From NCBI GenBank assembly GCA_040954595.2, contig CM082579.2, positions 9,227,625 to 9,291,624 of the forward strand: DNA of 64,000 nucleotides, written 5' to 3'. Both the position numbers and the translations under genes were made by a program. The notes under the pieces were generated by a model that made no database searches, was not told the DNA's origin, and was given only the letters and a program-made list of their open reading frames with translations. Source of the stretch: Balanoglossus misakiensis. Its lineage: Eukaryota > Animalia > Hemichordata. Shown in pieces: positions 28,597-41,900 of the stretch (within the stretch, counting starts at the first letter, position 1; the number at the start of each line of letters is the position of its first letter).

Positions 28597-31500
28597 TAAG
28601 TTGAAATTCTCATCGCTGTATCTGGATAGGAAGATGTACAGTATACTTTCTGAGCCAATAACTTCAACGGATACATGTACAATTCAGTTCTTCATATAAA
28701 CTTGAGTGCAATAAAATCAATCTCGTTTCTGATGACGTCAGACATAACCCATAATCCCCATTGACGCAAACGTCACCATTATGTGTTCACAGATATTTGT
28801 GGGCTGAGTGAAGAGTTTTTTTCCTATATAGCCCTTTGCCTTTTTTCATCAGATTACATTTGAAAGGCGGGTGATATTCGTTGATGTATTCTTAATTTAG
28901 AGACTGATTAGCCTAATCAGGCGGTGTGCGTCTTTCTTTCGGTTATTTTTCGCTGGTTGTATACTGGATATGCCAAGTTCTCGTCTGTACAGAAATTTAA
29001 GTACTAGTATGTCGTGACTATGTTGGTAATTAGAGGGGATATAAGACAATTCGTGCAAATCATCACAACAAGTTGAATTCCCCGCAGATAATTTAAATTG
29101 GGTTAACACCGGGTCGACTGTAACCTTGGCCAGTGCCAACTTTTTAATAACATTCTGCTCGAGTGTCAAGGCCAGTCTTCCGTTTTTTTTGTAATTTCAT
29201 TTCTGCACTGATTTTATTTTAATTCGTCACAGAATCTCCTGATCGAGAACACTCGCTTTAATTAAGTAACGGGAGATAAACCCCATTCATCATCCGAACG
29301 CCCGCCCGCGCAGTACAGTATACGCGTAGACGCGAATGAAGGTGTCCGAATAATGTGGGCATTTGTTCTCAGGATACGTACGCAATACTCGATCCATGAT
29401 ATTTATCTAACGAAAGATGCCTGCCAGTCAATACGCGGCCCTTGCGCACGACAACAAACCAAGACAACATCTCTGATGCATCATGATACGCGATGCTGCG
29501 TTTAATTTCCTGCGTTATCACGCGGCCCGTCCGCTAAAAAGCAAGCGATCTGGCCGATGACACGACTCAGAGTGATACATTTTAATCAAGGGAACATACA
29601 ATATCAGCTACCTGTCTCTTAACTCAGGTTAGTCGCCCCACGCCTGCTCAAGTGAAACATTTTCAAACGCGCCGTGCATTTAATATTTAAATTGGCCTAG
29701 CGTGGGAACACGGACAACAATGCATATGGTAAATGAACTCCCCGTACACTAATCTTTCTTCGGGGTACCATTTAATTTGCGGCTGTATTTTGAACATCCA
29801 GGCATAACCGTTTGCAATTACTCCTGATAATTCTATCCACGGCGAAGAATCAACGGTATTGTCATTCGCAACAAATTATCAATTAAAATATCCTGTATTT
29901 CGTTATTAAAACGGATATTATAATCCTCTCTGTATATTAACATGCAGCATAAAAGGTTCCCTGTTATACATATTACCTTCCCCGGGACATGATTTATTAT
30001 TCCCGTTACTTTTTGCGTTGTTTTGTTTTATATACATGTATACATGGTGTGACCTAGACAATGTAGCGACGGGCCATCGTTCCTTAAAGGCGATGGAACT
30101 CGTCCGGGCTATTGCAAATGAAAGACCGACTGAATATTTGCAAATTTTCTACGTGGAAGTAGAATTCGAAAAAGGAACCATGATAGCCTCTTCTCCACAT
30201 GCCCAATGAGAAGATGACTTGCACCTAAGTCGGTTCCCCGGATGTTACGATGATTGATCGGGACACGGAATAATACCAACGATCAAACGGCGTAAATGCA
30301 ATTACACAAACGCATTACTTTTCCGCACATGAGAGCGGCCGAGGGTAATGGCGAACGACCTGCTGATGACGCCCGCGCGGCACCTGACGTTCAGAAGTGT
30401 ATCTAAGCAACAAGTTACCTTGATCAATTATGCATTAACATTAGCGCGCGATGCCTCTGCTTCCTGTGCCCGTTTTTTTTTCGTGTCATGGTCGCTTGTT
30501 CGGGTTCTTCCGTGAAGTCCAGGTCGGCGCGACAAGCTATTACCTGCTACACAAGCGGGTTATATCAGTTTGCAGTGTATAGGTTTCAAAAGAGGATGTT
30601 AACAATGTTTGTCAGGGACGGTATACTTTCGGGCGAATTCCCGCGCCATATTTGCAGGCATGATTTGCAGGTACATGTAACAGGGGCGCCACCACCGTGC
30701 AACAGGTGCAGAGGCAGGTAGGACAAGGCCGGGGTCTATGGACAAGGCGACACATGCACGGCGTATGGCAGTAAGCAACGTACCTGGCGAGCATGAATGA
30801 TTAGGTCAAGGTGACCTAAATGCTAAGATGCTTTTATTGCCGACTGAGTGGTTGCCGCTTTTCATTTCAAATTCTCTCGGGAGTTTTCCGCCACTGCTCA
30901 TAAAAGAACCCATGTGCCAATTTCCGGTACCGCATAGATACACTGTACAGCAGAAAGAATTGCTTTCAGCGACCACATTTCATGCTATTTCTCAGAAATA
31001 CTCACCGTGAGTTAAATATGGGGCTTTTCGAGTTTTAGAAGAACAGCATTGGACTATGAGTGTTGGCGCATATTTAACTGACGTTTGCAATTAGCACCGT
31101 AGCTACTTCATCAAATGTGACGAAACTTGCTAGAAAATACGGAAACTGTTTTTTAAAGGGACACACTAGCACAAAATAATGTAAAAAGACATTTTTTTAA
31201 AGCGGGCGTGTACTTTTCGAGATATTGCCAATAAATGCATGCGTATACACTGGGTCGCCTAGAGACTGATATCCAAAGAATTGGACTGATAATAATTTCA
31301 CTCGGTAATCCCTCGGGATCGATCAGTATATTTACATTTGCTCGGTTTGCTGGGGAGTCGGTTTATTTACCCTAACCAAATGCAAATAAGCTTAGTGGCA
31401 CCTGAAGACAGTTCCGGCATGCTGATGGAAACGTAAACAAACACGTCGATTTCCATATGCACTGCCACTTCGCTGAGTCACGTGATATGTCAATCTTCGC

Positions 31501-32852
31501 ACGGTATGCATTCGGAACTGTTCGCCAGTTTCCGTAGCTTTCCCCGAAATGTCGTTTCCGGGTTTTTCGGCCATGACACGACGAGCTCGAACACAACGAA
31601 TACCATGCACACATTCATTTCGGATAACGAAACAAATACAGTCTAAGTTTATTGAATGAAACCTAGGAGATATAACTTTAATTAAGAAGGGCGTGACAAA
31701 ATCGGCTGGATCAAAGCTTCGCTTTATAAACGGGAAATCTCATTTCTGTTCCCCTATAGTCACACGTCCTATTCATTGCAATCTCTGCCCAGCCTATTTG
31801 AATACATCAAGCCAATGGGCCAGCTTTTAACTTTCCCGACAATTTTCAATATTCACCACCATTTAGTATTGCTACGACGAACCTTTGTCCACGTTTATAT
31901 CAAATTCTAAGTTTTAAGCATTAATAATACAATTCTAAGTATGACTGTTATGAATAAATCAAAACAAAATGTGTATTTTTCCAACATCTCCATATCTTGA
32001 AATAACCAGACACTTGATATCCCGAGTATTGTTAAAAATCCATCACGGGATATGCACAGTCACATTGCAGCCCATTGTGTAGGTTTGGCTGTCCGAGGAA
32101 GATAAAGTTAAAATATATACACATTTATAAATGTATTTATTAGGTTCAAAATATGTTGCCACTTGATCGTGATAATATTTTCATTGTGGAATGTTGAAAA
32201 ATATTCTACCTGCCCGTTACAGCTGATATTGCAAATAGCTAAAACAAAATAATAACCAACGACGCTTTGTCGCTTACATTGTAGCTTCGCTTTAAAATGC
32301 ATATCATATCCCTGTTTATGAAAGTACTGGCGTATCGCACCACGATGATGTGCCTGCATTTTTTCTGATTCCAAATATAACTTTAAAACACTCGCAACGA
32401 AAAGGTTAGGTTATTGACCCTCCTAAAGTACCCCTTGTCGCGTTGCCCGCAAAACTTCAATACGTGCTCGCATAAATCCTTTCACAGTGTATTGCACTTT
32501 CACGTAAGAGAACTCAAACATTGTGAAAAACTGTGCGTTATATACGAAAGACGGGGATAAAAAACATCCGTGTGGGCTACTTATATCTGTAAAAGATTTA
32601 TTCTATGCTTAGCACTTGCAAGCATAATGGAGGATTGTTGTCTGTCATTGTGTTCGTACAATGTGTCTGTTAATGTAGCTTTGCAACAGAGCGTGTGCAT
32701 AATACAGCATCGTGTTTTATTTTCCGACAATCCTGCGTACACACCGAAAATTTTTTAAAATACTAGCAACATGAAATGCATTTTAAGCAGTACAAAAATC
32801 ACTATTGTACGTCCATCTATGCTTAAAAGTCGTGTCATGTCTAAGTCTTCAA

Positions 32853-33120
32853 GTATGTATGTATGTATGTATGTATGTATGTATGTATGTATGTATGTAT
32901 GTATGTATGTATGTATGTATGTATGTATGTATGTATGTATGTATGTATGTATGTATGTATGTATGTATGTATGTATGTATGTATGTATGTATGTATGTAT
33001 GTATGTATGTATGTATGTATGTATGTATGTATGTATGTATGTATGTATGTATGTATGTATGTATGTATGTATGTATGTATGTATGTATGTATGTATGTAT
33101 GTATGTATGTATGTATGTAT
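32853..33120. repeat. Perfect (GTAT)67 microsatellite
   Basis: 268 nt of uninterrupted GTAT read directly. Confidence 0.99.
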
Positions 33121-35269
33121 ACTATGTTTCCTGGAGTCATGCGAGTCAACATATAACATGATATAACCTATATGGTTGGTTATATCTCGGGAACTGCGTC
33201 AGCATAAGCTTTCGGCGTGCCCTCCTGCATGGTCTGTCACATTGCAATGTTGCACCATAGCAACAATGGGGCGAACATTTGACATAAACATCTGTCTAAC
33301 GATAAATAATAATTATCAAAGCTGTCGTAGATAATTGATGTATCAAATGACCTGCACTAAAACGACAAATCATTTTTTATAGCGATGACGGCATCATGTT
33401 GTTTGTGTGTTTTGAATAATTTTATAATCTTTTTCAACATTAAGTTAATCCTATAAAACCATATTGGTGGCATTCCAAACTGCGTCTGGTATGTAGTGTT
33501 TTCCTTCATAATTTGACCTTTAACCCCATCTAACATTAACCCCAATGCCTGCACCTTTTGCCGTCTTTCAATCACAATGGACACAGTGAAATTTCATTTT
33601 AACTTTCTATAATTAGATCTCGTCTCTCAAGGTCGATCGTGTCACACCTGAGTGGCGTGCCAGTTTAGTAAACATTGGAATTTTCCAATAAATTGAAAAA
33701 TTCAACTTTCATTTTTATTAACCATGCTTTAACGGCGATAAATATCTGGATCAGGTTAAAAAATACACAGCCATACATTAGATTATATTAGTACACGTGA
33801 TTGTCAAGAACTAAACTGACAGGTAATATTTTGTTTCTTCAAATTGTGACTTGGCTGTTCCACTTTAAAATTTTCTGGATTCGAAGCTGTTGGTTCAAAA
33901 GATTGACCGTGAACAATGACAATGTTAACATGCTTGGGTTGAATATTTCAGGAGAGGGGACTCGGCACTGTTTTGGTGCATTTAACAACTAACGATGAAC
34001 TTTACGATGAACTTGGGAATCTGTGGTTGACAAAACTTGGCCAATTATATCCTGCAAAGGAGAAAGGGTCGTTTAATCCTTTAACTGGAAAAAAAACACA
34101 CGCGAAATGCCACTGGATTATCCGGTTTGATCACAGCGACAGTAACCGCCGCCCGCTCCCATAATTTGAAAGTGACCCATCTCTCTGGGAAGGTCGTCAC
34201 ACTGCCTCATTAGATTAAAAGGTTTTGCCACAAATAGCCAGAAATGTACTTGATGTTGACGGAAATTAGCAATTTGTGTTTATGTGTAACAAGGATTCCT
34301 TTCTGTGCTGATGAAAAACATTGACATGATTTCTCTGTCGCGTTTGGCCCTTAGCCCTGTAATAATAATAATAGTGCTTCGTTAGAGGAAAACTGGGAGA
34401 TGGCATTCGATTCGGATTAGGCTGTCAGAAAATGTTTCATCCTTTCGCCTCAAGGTGGTGTATTATCGTGGTTACCGGTGACGTGGGCAGTGTGTGACAT
34501 GCGCACAGTTCACTGACACCAGCAACGCAGATTCTGATGTCACCGACCCGCTATTGTAATAATGGCAGTTCTAAAAAGACCACCATTGTATTTTAGCAGA
34601 CGACAGGTGGCACAATGCACCACCTACTGCACTGGCGGAAAAACCTAATGCTGTCGACGTGACTTGAATGACAAATATGTCATGAAAAAACAACAACAAA
34701 TTGTTCTCGTATTCAGTGGGCTTATTTCCGTTGTGATGACAACGGCGTAAGAGGGAAACGATACCCCGGCGATTTGACTTTCCCGGGGGAAAGGTGTAAC
34801 ACGCGTATGAACATGACAGTTACGATGCAAACTGAAGTTATACCGAGAATGCTTTTTCATTGATAGTTAATTACTTGTGTAAAAGCGCTCTTGTGCTCAC
34901 ATCTTATTCAACGGAGCCATCTAGGATGACCAATTAATGTGTTTTCTTTCCTAAACAGGATGAAGCCATCAAGATGTAGGCTAAGGCTTTGTCGACATCA
35001 CCTAACCTCGTTGAAGTTGAACACGGACGTTTTGTAGCAATAAAAAATGGCAGCTCTGTCAATAGTCCATGCGTAAATCAAATTAACTGTTTATGTCATT
35101 TTGGTCGCACGTATAATTTATTTCTATGTCGTTTGCATGTGGTGAGTTTACCCTTTGAGTAGGCGTTTCGTTCAATAACAACGACACCGGCCTTGCTTCA
35201 AAAAGTACTATGCAAGTTCTAGTATCTGCTGGTCAACGACACTGAAGGCTGTACGAAGAGCGGACGGGC

Positions 35270-35920
35270 AGTACATCGCCTTGAGGGGCGCTAGTGTGAT
35301 TCAGCGTTTCCGTTCAGCAGAGTTTACTCAGTAAACACTTTACTCTGTATACATTTAGACACAGTCCCACAGACTTCCGTGATTCCCGTTCAATGCGAGA
35401 TCCCGCGAGACTTGGTTAATTGCCGCAGCAACGGGTTGCTAGCCAGGTGATACAACCGGGCCGTATTTGAAACTATAGAATAGATACGGTATTTAACAAC
35501 AATATTTACCTGTTGCATCGTTTAACACGTTGGGCCATGTGTTGTTGTTCTGGGTCACGTGAATGCCTCCTTCCCTTCATAGACTGTCTAGCAACGCGAA
35601 ATCTCGCAGGGTCACGCGGAGTTCGGAAAATGGTCTATTAGTAAGGTTGCCTCCAGTTCTCCAACGCTTTCGATCACCTAGCGTCTGTCCCGTTCTCAAG
35701 ATGAGTTTTATCGCGCCCTGCTTCGCTTGATTGTCCAATCAGATACATGTGGAGGTGTGTTTTAAGGATATATATCGGTTCATTCATTGGCAACACTGTC
35801 GCTGAACAACAACAGGGCCGTTTGACATTCACGTGAGCGAGAGTGCTCCAGACGAGCGAAAGATTCAGTTATCTCGGGGCTACGGAAAATTGTGTATGCG
35901 CATTCGAAAAGGGTAAGCTT
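35270..35920. promoter_or_regulatory. CpG-rich promoter-like island, possibly bidirectional
   Basis: CTCF-like GCCTTGAGGGGCGCTAGTG (35278-35296), TCCCGCGAGA (35401-35410, one mismatch from TCTCGCGAGA), RFX-like GTTGCTAG half sites (35435 on +, ~35590 on -), E-boxes TCACGTGA (35555, 35829), CCAATCAG (35735), and splice donors facing outward on both strands. Confidence 0.55.
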
Positions 35921-38808
35921 ATAAAACATTCACCACGACAAGGATTAGCGCAGTGTATAATGTCCTATCTGACACTCTCGATACATTGTCACCATTCATA
36001 CTGACCTGTGATACGACAGGAGAGCCCCTAAAATATTAAATACGCGAATCGGTGCATTTGTAAGGAAAACACGGCGACTATACACGTCGCCGCTACCTGA
36101 CGTGTAAATAAATAACCACACAACAGAAGAATTGCTAGTCTGAATCCAAAAGAAACGCGCCGAGGGAATAGCAGTTTGTTCTGATATTATAACTTATCGC
36201 TCGTCACTGAAAACGTGGTGTATACCATCATTTCTCACCCGTGAATAAATGATGATGTGTTCATAGTCATAGCACTTGTTTTGTGCTCATCATTCAATAT
36301 GAAGTTTTTGTTCGCTTTGACACACCCTATGACGCTAAACAATGCCAGACATTTTTCGCAGTATTAAATACGTACACGAGATGGTGCCATGAAAAGTGTT
36401 TGCGCTAGAAGTTTTAAGAATCACATAAAAGTCAAAATATGGTTATATTTTGACAGGAAAGGGGAAAAACGTGCGGCAGGTAAAATTTTATGACGTAGTG
36501 ATCTCCGACAGTGATCTCAAAAACAAACTCGGACCACACCGTCAAAATTCGACATTTAACTTTGCACAAATTTACATCAAACTAAGCAATTATGTATATC
36601 GCTATCTCACCAGGAAAAAAACCCCAATAAGTTGGCGGTGGTAACTTTAGTCAAAGGTGCCATAAATAGACCCAAATCTCCTTTAGACAGAAGTTACAGA
36701 CAGTGGCCATTTAAGGCATGGTCAACTTCATTACCTTGAATGGCTGCTTTTGACTCTATGCTAAGGAGTCATGCCACAGGATATACAAATGCATTGTGGG
36801 TAAAAAGTCGACAACACTATTAACGTTAGCATTCTTGCCGTTTTTATAACTGCGCAGTTAACTATAACACATAAGTCATCTAATGTTTTACATTTTCTTT
36901 CTCTCTCATGTTGAATTTTCTCCCGTATTAAATTTCAAGACGATCCTAAGGTTTGGTTAAGCATTTGCACTTTTATTTACAATGTAACACGCCTGTCCTC
37001 TTTCAATATCCGCGGGAAACGACTGCATTTGAGGATAATCGGCAATTTATTTGAGATATGTACCATACCTTGTGTCCAAAGCTTTTGACGAAAATGCAAA
37101 TAGCTTGTCGCGACAGATGGTTCGCATTAAATCAACTTGCAAAAATAGCTAGGTTTAATGCACTCCTTTTAAGAGCACGATTCCAACGTGTTGAATAATA
37201 TTACTACAATGCACATGATCGATGCGATTGTATATCGCATCGAGGCCTAATAGTGGTTCAAACCTTAGAATCCACAGCCCAAGCTTTCAACGCACAACCG
37301 ATACAGTCGATTTTAAAAGCGCTTCTCGGAAAATGTCCCCTCAACTTGTATATCCGTAGCCTCAGCTACATAATAAATCACACTGTTCGTATAGCGGTGT
37401 CATATACAGCTGTGTGCTTTGAAATAGTCCCTTTCCAACGCCGTGGTGAACAAAATTATCCCATGAAGACATTTCATTGTGACCGAATCGAAGAAACGGA
37501 ATCAGATTGACATTGAATTTTCGGGATTATAAAATTATGTTATGGAAATAGCAATGAAATGCGTTTCTACTAGCCGGGCAGTGAAGTCTGTTTCTATTCA
37601 AAACACCTTCGATCATGACGCAGGCTTAAACACATTCGCATGCAGTTGATCTTTATCTTCTTTTAAATTAGTATAGTACCCATGATATGCTGTGTTTCTC
37701 TCTAATTCTTACGTCTTCTGTAAATACACCTCTTAACATTTAATCGTCCTAAACGTGATAAGTTTTTCTTCTAAAGACAGGACCCAGTAACATCCGCGTG
37801 GTTTGGGTGACATACTTCTGAGTATGTTTGGTTACATCAATAAAAAAAACCAGATCGATTTATAATTTCGTCAGTACAAGCGCTGGAAAATACATGACTC
37901 TTAACAGTACTTTGTGTTTATGAAATCCCAACGTCATTTTCCCAGGGAAGGGAACATGGTAATACACGATCTTCTCTGATGGCATTAAGAAGGTTGGAAT
38001 GCGTTCACAGTCGTGACAGCAATCTCAATCCAACTCTAGGGTCTGTGGCGACTTGCGGTCGAGTGACGAATGACGACGACATATTACTGACGACTGAGTG
38101 TTATAAGGAAATAAACTAACGCATTGAAGAGTCCTATAACACGCGCACGGCATGCTGGTTGGTTCCTACAGCCGCAATAGTATTTCCGCGCTTCACTGGT
38201 GAACGAGTTTAATCATAACGAGGTCGGTTCTATTGCCGTGCACGTACTTCGCGTAAATTGTCAATGGCGGCCTGAATCCGTTTAAAGTACTTTCTTAATT
38301 TAATGGACACCGCCATTGCATTGCCGGGTCCAACAGTTCCGGGTCAGTATCTTACTGTCATGGAGACAATATGTTTCACTTCAGAACGGTTCACTCTTTC
38401 GGCCTCATTGGGATTGAAAGCCGGCGTGTGATGATGCAATAAGCGTTTGTTTGTTTGTGACGACTTTCCAGGTATCTTTGGTAACGGTGGTATTTTTATT
38501 CTTTTTCAATCACGCCTTGTCACATATGCGTCACTTGATGATCGACCAGATGGTCGTCGGTCGAATTAACTGGGATTTCACTCTTCCCTGCCATAACGTA
38601 ACAAGTTTCTTTTTACAGTTCATACAATCGTTTAGCTTTCAACTAACAGGGACAGCTTGACAGTTGAAATTGATTCTTTTTTTCAGGTGGCGCAGGATGA
38701 CACCTAACAGTGGCTGAATGTTTTGGACTTACACTGAAAATAAACGTACTAAAATGAAACAATGATTTACAAGTTTATCCAATATCATGTTCTTTAAAAA
38801 TGCATAAC

Positions 38809-38996
38809 TTAAAGGTATACAGTCACCTCTAATTTACATATATCCATATATGGTTAAATGGCGTGTCTGTGTCTTGCAAAGAACATTTGGTTGCGCTATT
38901 TTTGTGTGTGACCGACCCGTGAAAATCTGTCACTGGCTAGATCTCAATTTGCCATGGTAACTGTGGCTAAATTTGCATTGGTGACAGGGCAACTTC
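38809..38996 (+). mobile_element. MITE family B copy
   Basis: Begins TTAA-AGGTATACAGTCACC; the body aligns with the reverse complement of 2985-3152; the 3' TIR is degenerate. Confidence 0.7.
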
Positions 38997-39914
38997 AAAT
39001 CCCTCTTTTCATGTCTGGATTAAACTCCTGCTGTCGATCATTAATTGATCGGCAATTAACAGGAATATGATGCATTGTTTGGATTATCCGAAATGATGTC
39101 TCCATTAAAAGTTACGTAAGAATCACCATTGTGCATTGCCCATCCATTGCGCCACATTATTGAAGAGGATTCGCACATGTTCATCGAATGGTGTTAATTT
39201 AGATCTGAGGCGACAATTAGCTCATTTCAATATTCGTTGATAGTTCTCACGGTATCAGTGTCATTTCAGTGTCGTCACAGCGCACATCAACTGAAAGAAG
39301 TGGCCGGGTCAGCGTGACGTCACTACAGGACCACAACCCGTATACGCGTACGGGTGGAACCAGAGAAACCGGCTAACAATCAATTCTGAAACCGCACGCA
39401 GGCTATAATTTAAAGGTGTCAAAAATAAAATCAGCACATACGTTTGCTGTGTTTTATTGTGCCCGTGTGTATGTGGATTGTCGTTTTTTTAAATATTTTT
39501 TCGGGGGGGGGGGGGGCAAAGTCCGAAATATAATTATTAACAACAGACACACGTGTAGTCCACTATGGTGTGTGGCTCTACATGTACCTTCTATTTGAAA
39601 CACGTATTCGCTGTATCGATATAACGCTGTTGATGACGCGGCCATTTCTGCGCTCACTTCCCATACTTATCAGACAGGTCTTTATGTCAAAAATAACTCT
39701 GATATCAGATAATGGTTGCAGCTCATTTCATGTAATTATCGTCCCTTTCACCTTGCAAGCAAAAAAGATCGCAACTGCTGTTAATGGATTTGCGTTTAAC
39801 ATTTTCCTGAAAGGACGTTTATCTTGTAAACAATGTGGTTTCATGTTGGGGTTTTTTAAACGCCTTCTGTGCGTGACTGTATCTGTAAACTATCATGACT
39901 GCTTTCGGGCCACC

Positions 39915-40255
39915 TATACATGATAAATATTTCCAGAAAAAAAACGATAGTCCTCAACTGAAACTTACAATGCTTTTCTATATTATAGAGTGTGGGGTTT
40001 CTTTTTGAAAATAAAGAAGAAAACGGGGTGTTTTCGTAAAAAATCACTAATTCATATTTTCTCCAGAGAGTTAACACAGAAATTGGTGGCCAATTTGAAT
40101 TTTAAATTGGAAACAATTTGAGGAAATTTTGCTCTAGCATTCATAATTTTACACGCACCCCCCCCCCCCGGTGACCCCCAAATTTTACTCTCAATTTTAA
40201 AAGGGAATAATCTAAAGTTGCCTCCAGCAAAATATGAGAAAAAGTTTAAGATTAA
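39915..40255 (+). mobile_element. Family A element copy (decayed)
   Basis: Shares ordered blocks (GAAAA..GATAGTC, TTTGAAAA-AAAGAAGAAAA, TGG-GGCCA-TTTGAATT, GTGACCC, GAATAATCTA-AGTT, AAATATGAGAAA-AGTTTAAGA) with 59715-60050. Confidence 0.6.
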
Positions 40256-41059
40256 GATAAAACCAGCCTTTTTGCAAGGATATCTGTGTGGGGTTTACTT
40301 CCACTCAGAATATAAACGATTGCCTTCGAAAGGGGACAAAGAGTTGTGAGAAGCGTGTCCTTTGCGAATCGCCTACGTTATTGGAGATGACATGACAGGA
40401 AACACTCCCTTTCAAGACATTTCTTGTCTACAACTGCATGAGCGAATCTTACATGTTACATTACCACATCCGTCGTTTGTAATACAAGTAAAGTGCACAT
40501 TCAGTGCCAGCTATACATTGAGTGCCATAAGCAACAGGATTCGAGATCTACAGCTGGATGCTAGGCACTGTAACCCCATACTGATGCAGTGATGGTGTAC
40601 GATTTTTAGATGGCAAGATTCGAAAACGCGGTCGGGAAACTAGTTCCTCTGAGTCTAGCTGAAGACACAGATCCTGCAATATATCAAGTAAAAGTGTTAA
40701 TCGACCTCTCCTTTCTAGAGTTTAGGTGTCAGTGAGGTTTTATTACAATACACAGAGTCTTGTTTGACAAGTTTTAGCAGGGAAAAACGCATTTTTTTGA
40801 CATCCTAATGTTACTGACAATCGTAAGAAGCAAAGCACGCGCGCAATGTTCCCGATGACGCCCACAACGGATGCCTGCGTCATATGGCTATAGATACAGG
40901 ATATTGAAACAGGTATTGCGATACCGGTAAGAGATTTAATATCACTAACTATGAAGTCTCCTATATCTTGCCATTACTAAGAATTGAAACGGGTTTTTGG
41001 GTCAGCGCTTTAACCTTGGTGTTGCCATTGATGACTGTGACACTATAACTACATGTAAT

Positions 41060-41900
41060 AAACCTCGTGTTTGTGTGTGTATGCATGTATTATGAATGAT
41101 GTATGTACCATGTATGTATACCTATGAGCTCGTTTGTTTGTGATAGAAAGGGGTCGTATTTCACCGTTTCAAGTAAACGCTCTGCGTTCGGTTTATGTTC
41201 CCTATGGACCCACACCTGTTACAAATCCGTTTACTTCACGAGTAAAGAATGAAGAATGCATTGTAAAGGGAGCTTACCGCTATGCGATATACAAGGCCCT
41301 GTGTAGCCTCATAATTTAGTACATTACTATAAAAGGCGCTCTTCCCCCGGGGTTTGACATATAAGTAGAGGATTTGTGGATGGGAGTCTGCCCAACAGTG
41401 ATATTCATATATTTTGCCGAGCTTTAATTTTCCACAAATGAAGTCCTCCATCTTGATTTTATGGCTCGCATATCTCCCCCAAATCACTACACAATACGCA
41501 TTTGCATTAGCTATTTTTGAAGGCTTTAACTGACCCACACGCAATTCTACTTTTCCAGCCTAAATCTATCTTGCTAAGTTTGGGAATGAATATATTTTAT
41601 GTAATACTTTAGAACGAAGCTTACTGACCTTGCACATAGTCGTATTATAGTGTGTAATATTTCATCACAGATAACCATCATATCTATACTGTCACTTGTG
41701 GGACCAAAACACCACTGTAGAGTAGAATCGAATATTGATTGATGGTACCATGAAAAGTTGAATCTCGCCAAACGGTTTGATTGCCAGTCAGCAGGAGATA
41801 CCTGCTTGGTTTTGGTTTTATCTCCTCTAAATTGACGACGATATGTTTCGGAGTAGCCCATGATATCAAATTGTGACGTGCATTCATCAAAGCCGGCTAC
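41060..41900 (-). mobile_element. Heavily decayed CR1/L2-group LINE RT C-terminal fragment
   Basis: Minus-strand blocks in the expected order: SWATPKHIVVNLEEIKPK..YLLLTG (cf. WxxxNxMxLNxxKTKxMLIT), KLSKIDLGWKSRI, AYCVVIWG (cf. DYCxVVWG); a degenerate (TACA)-like tract lies at the expected 3' end. Confidence 0.45.

Noticed and set aside
35728-35750. TGATTGTCCAA resembling miR-219
   Set aside because: Only 11 nt match, no precursor hairpin is evident, and it is better explained as a CCAAT box.
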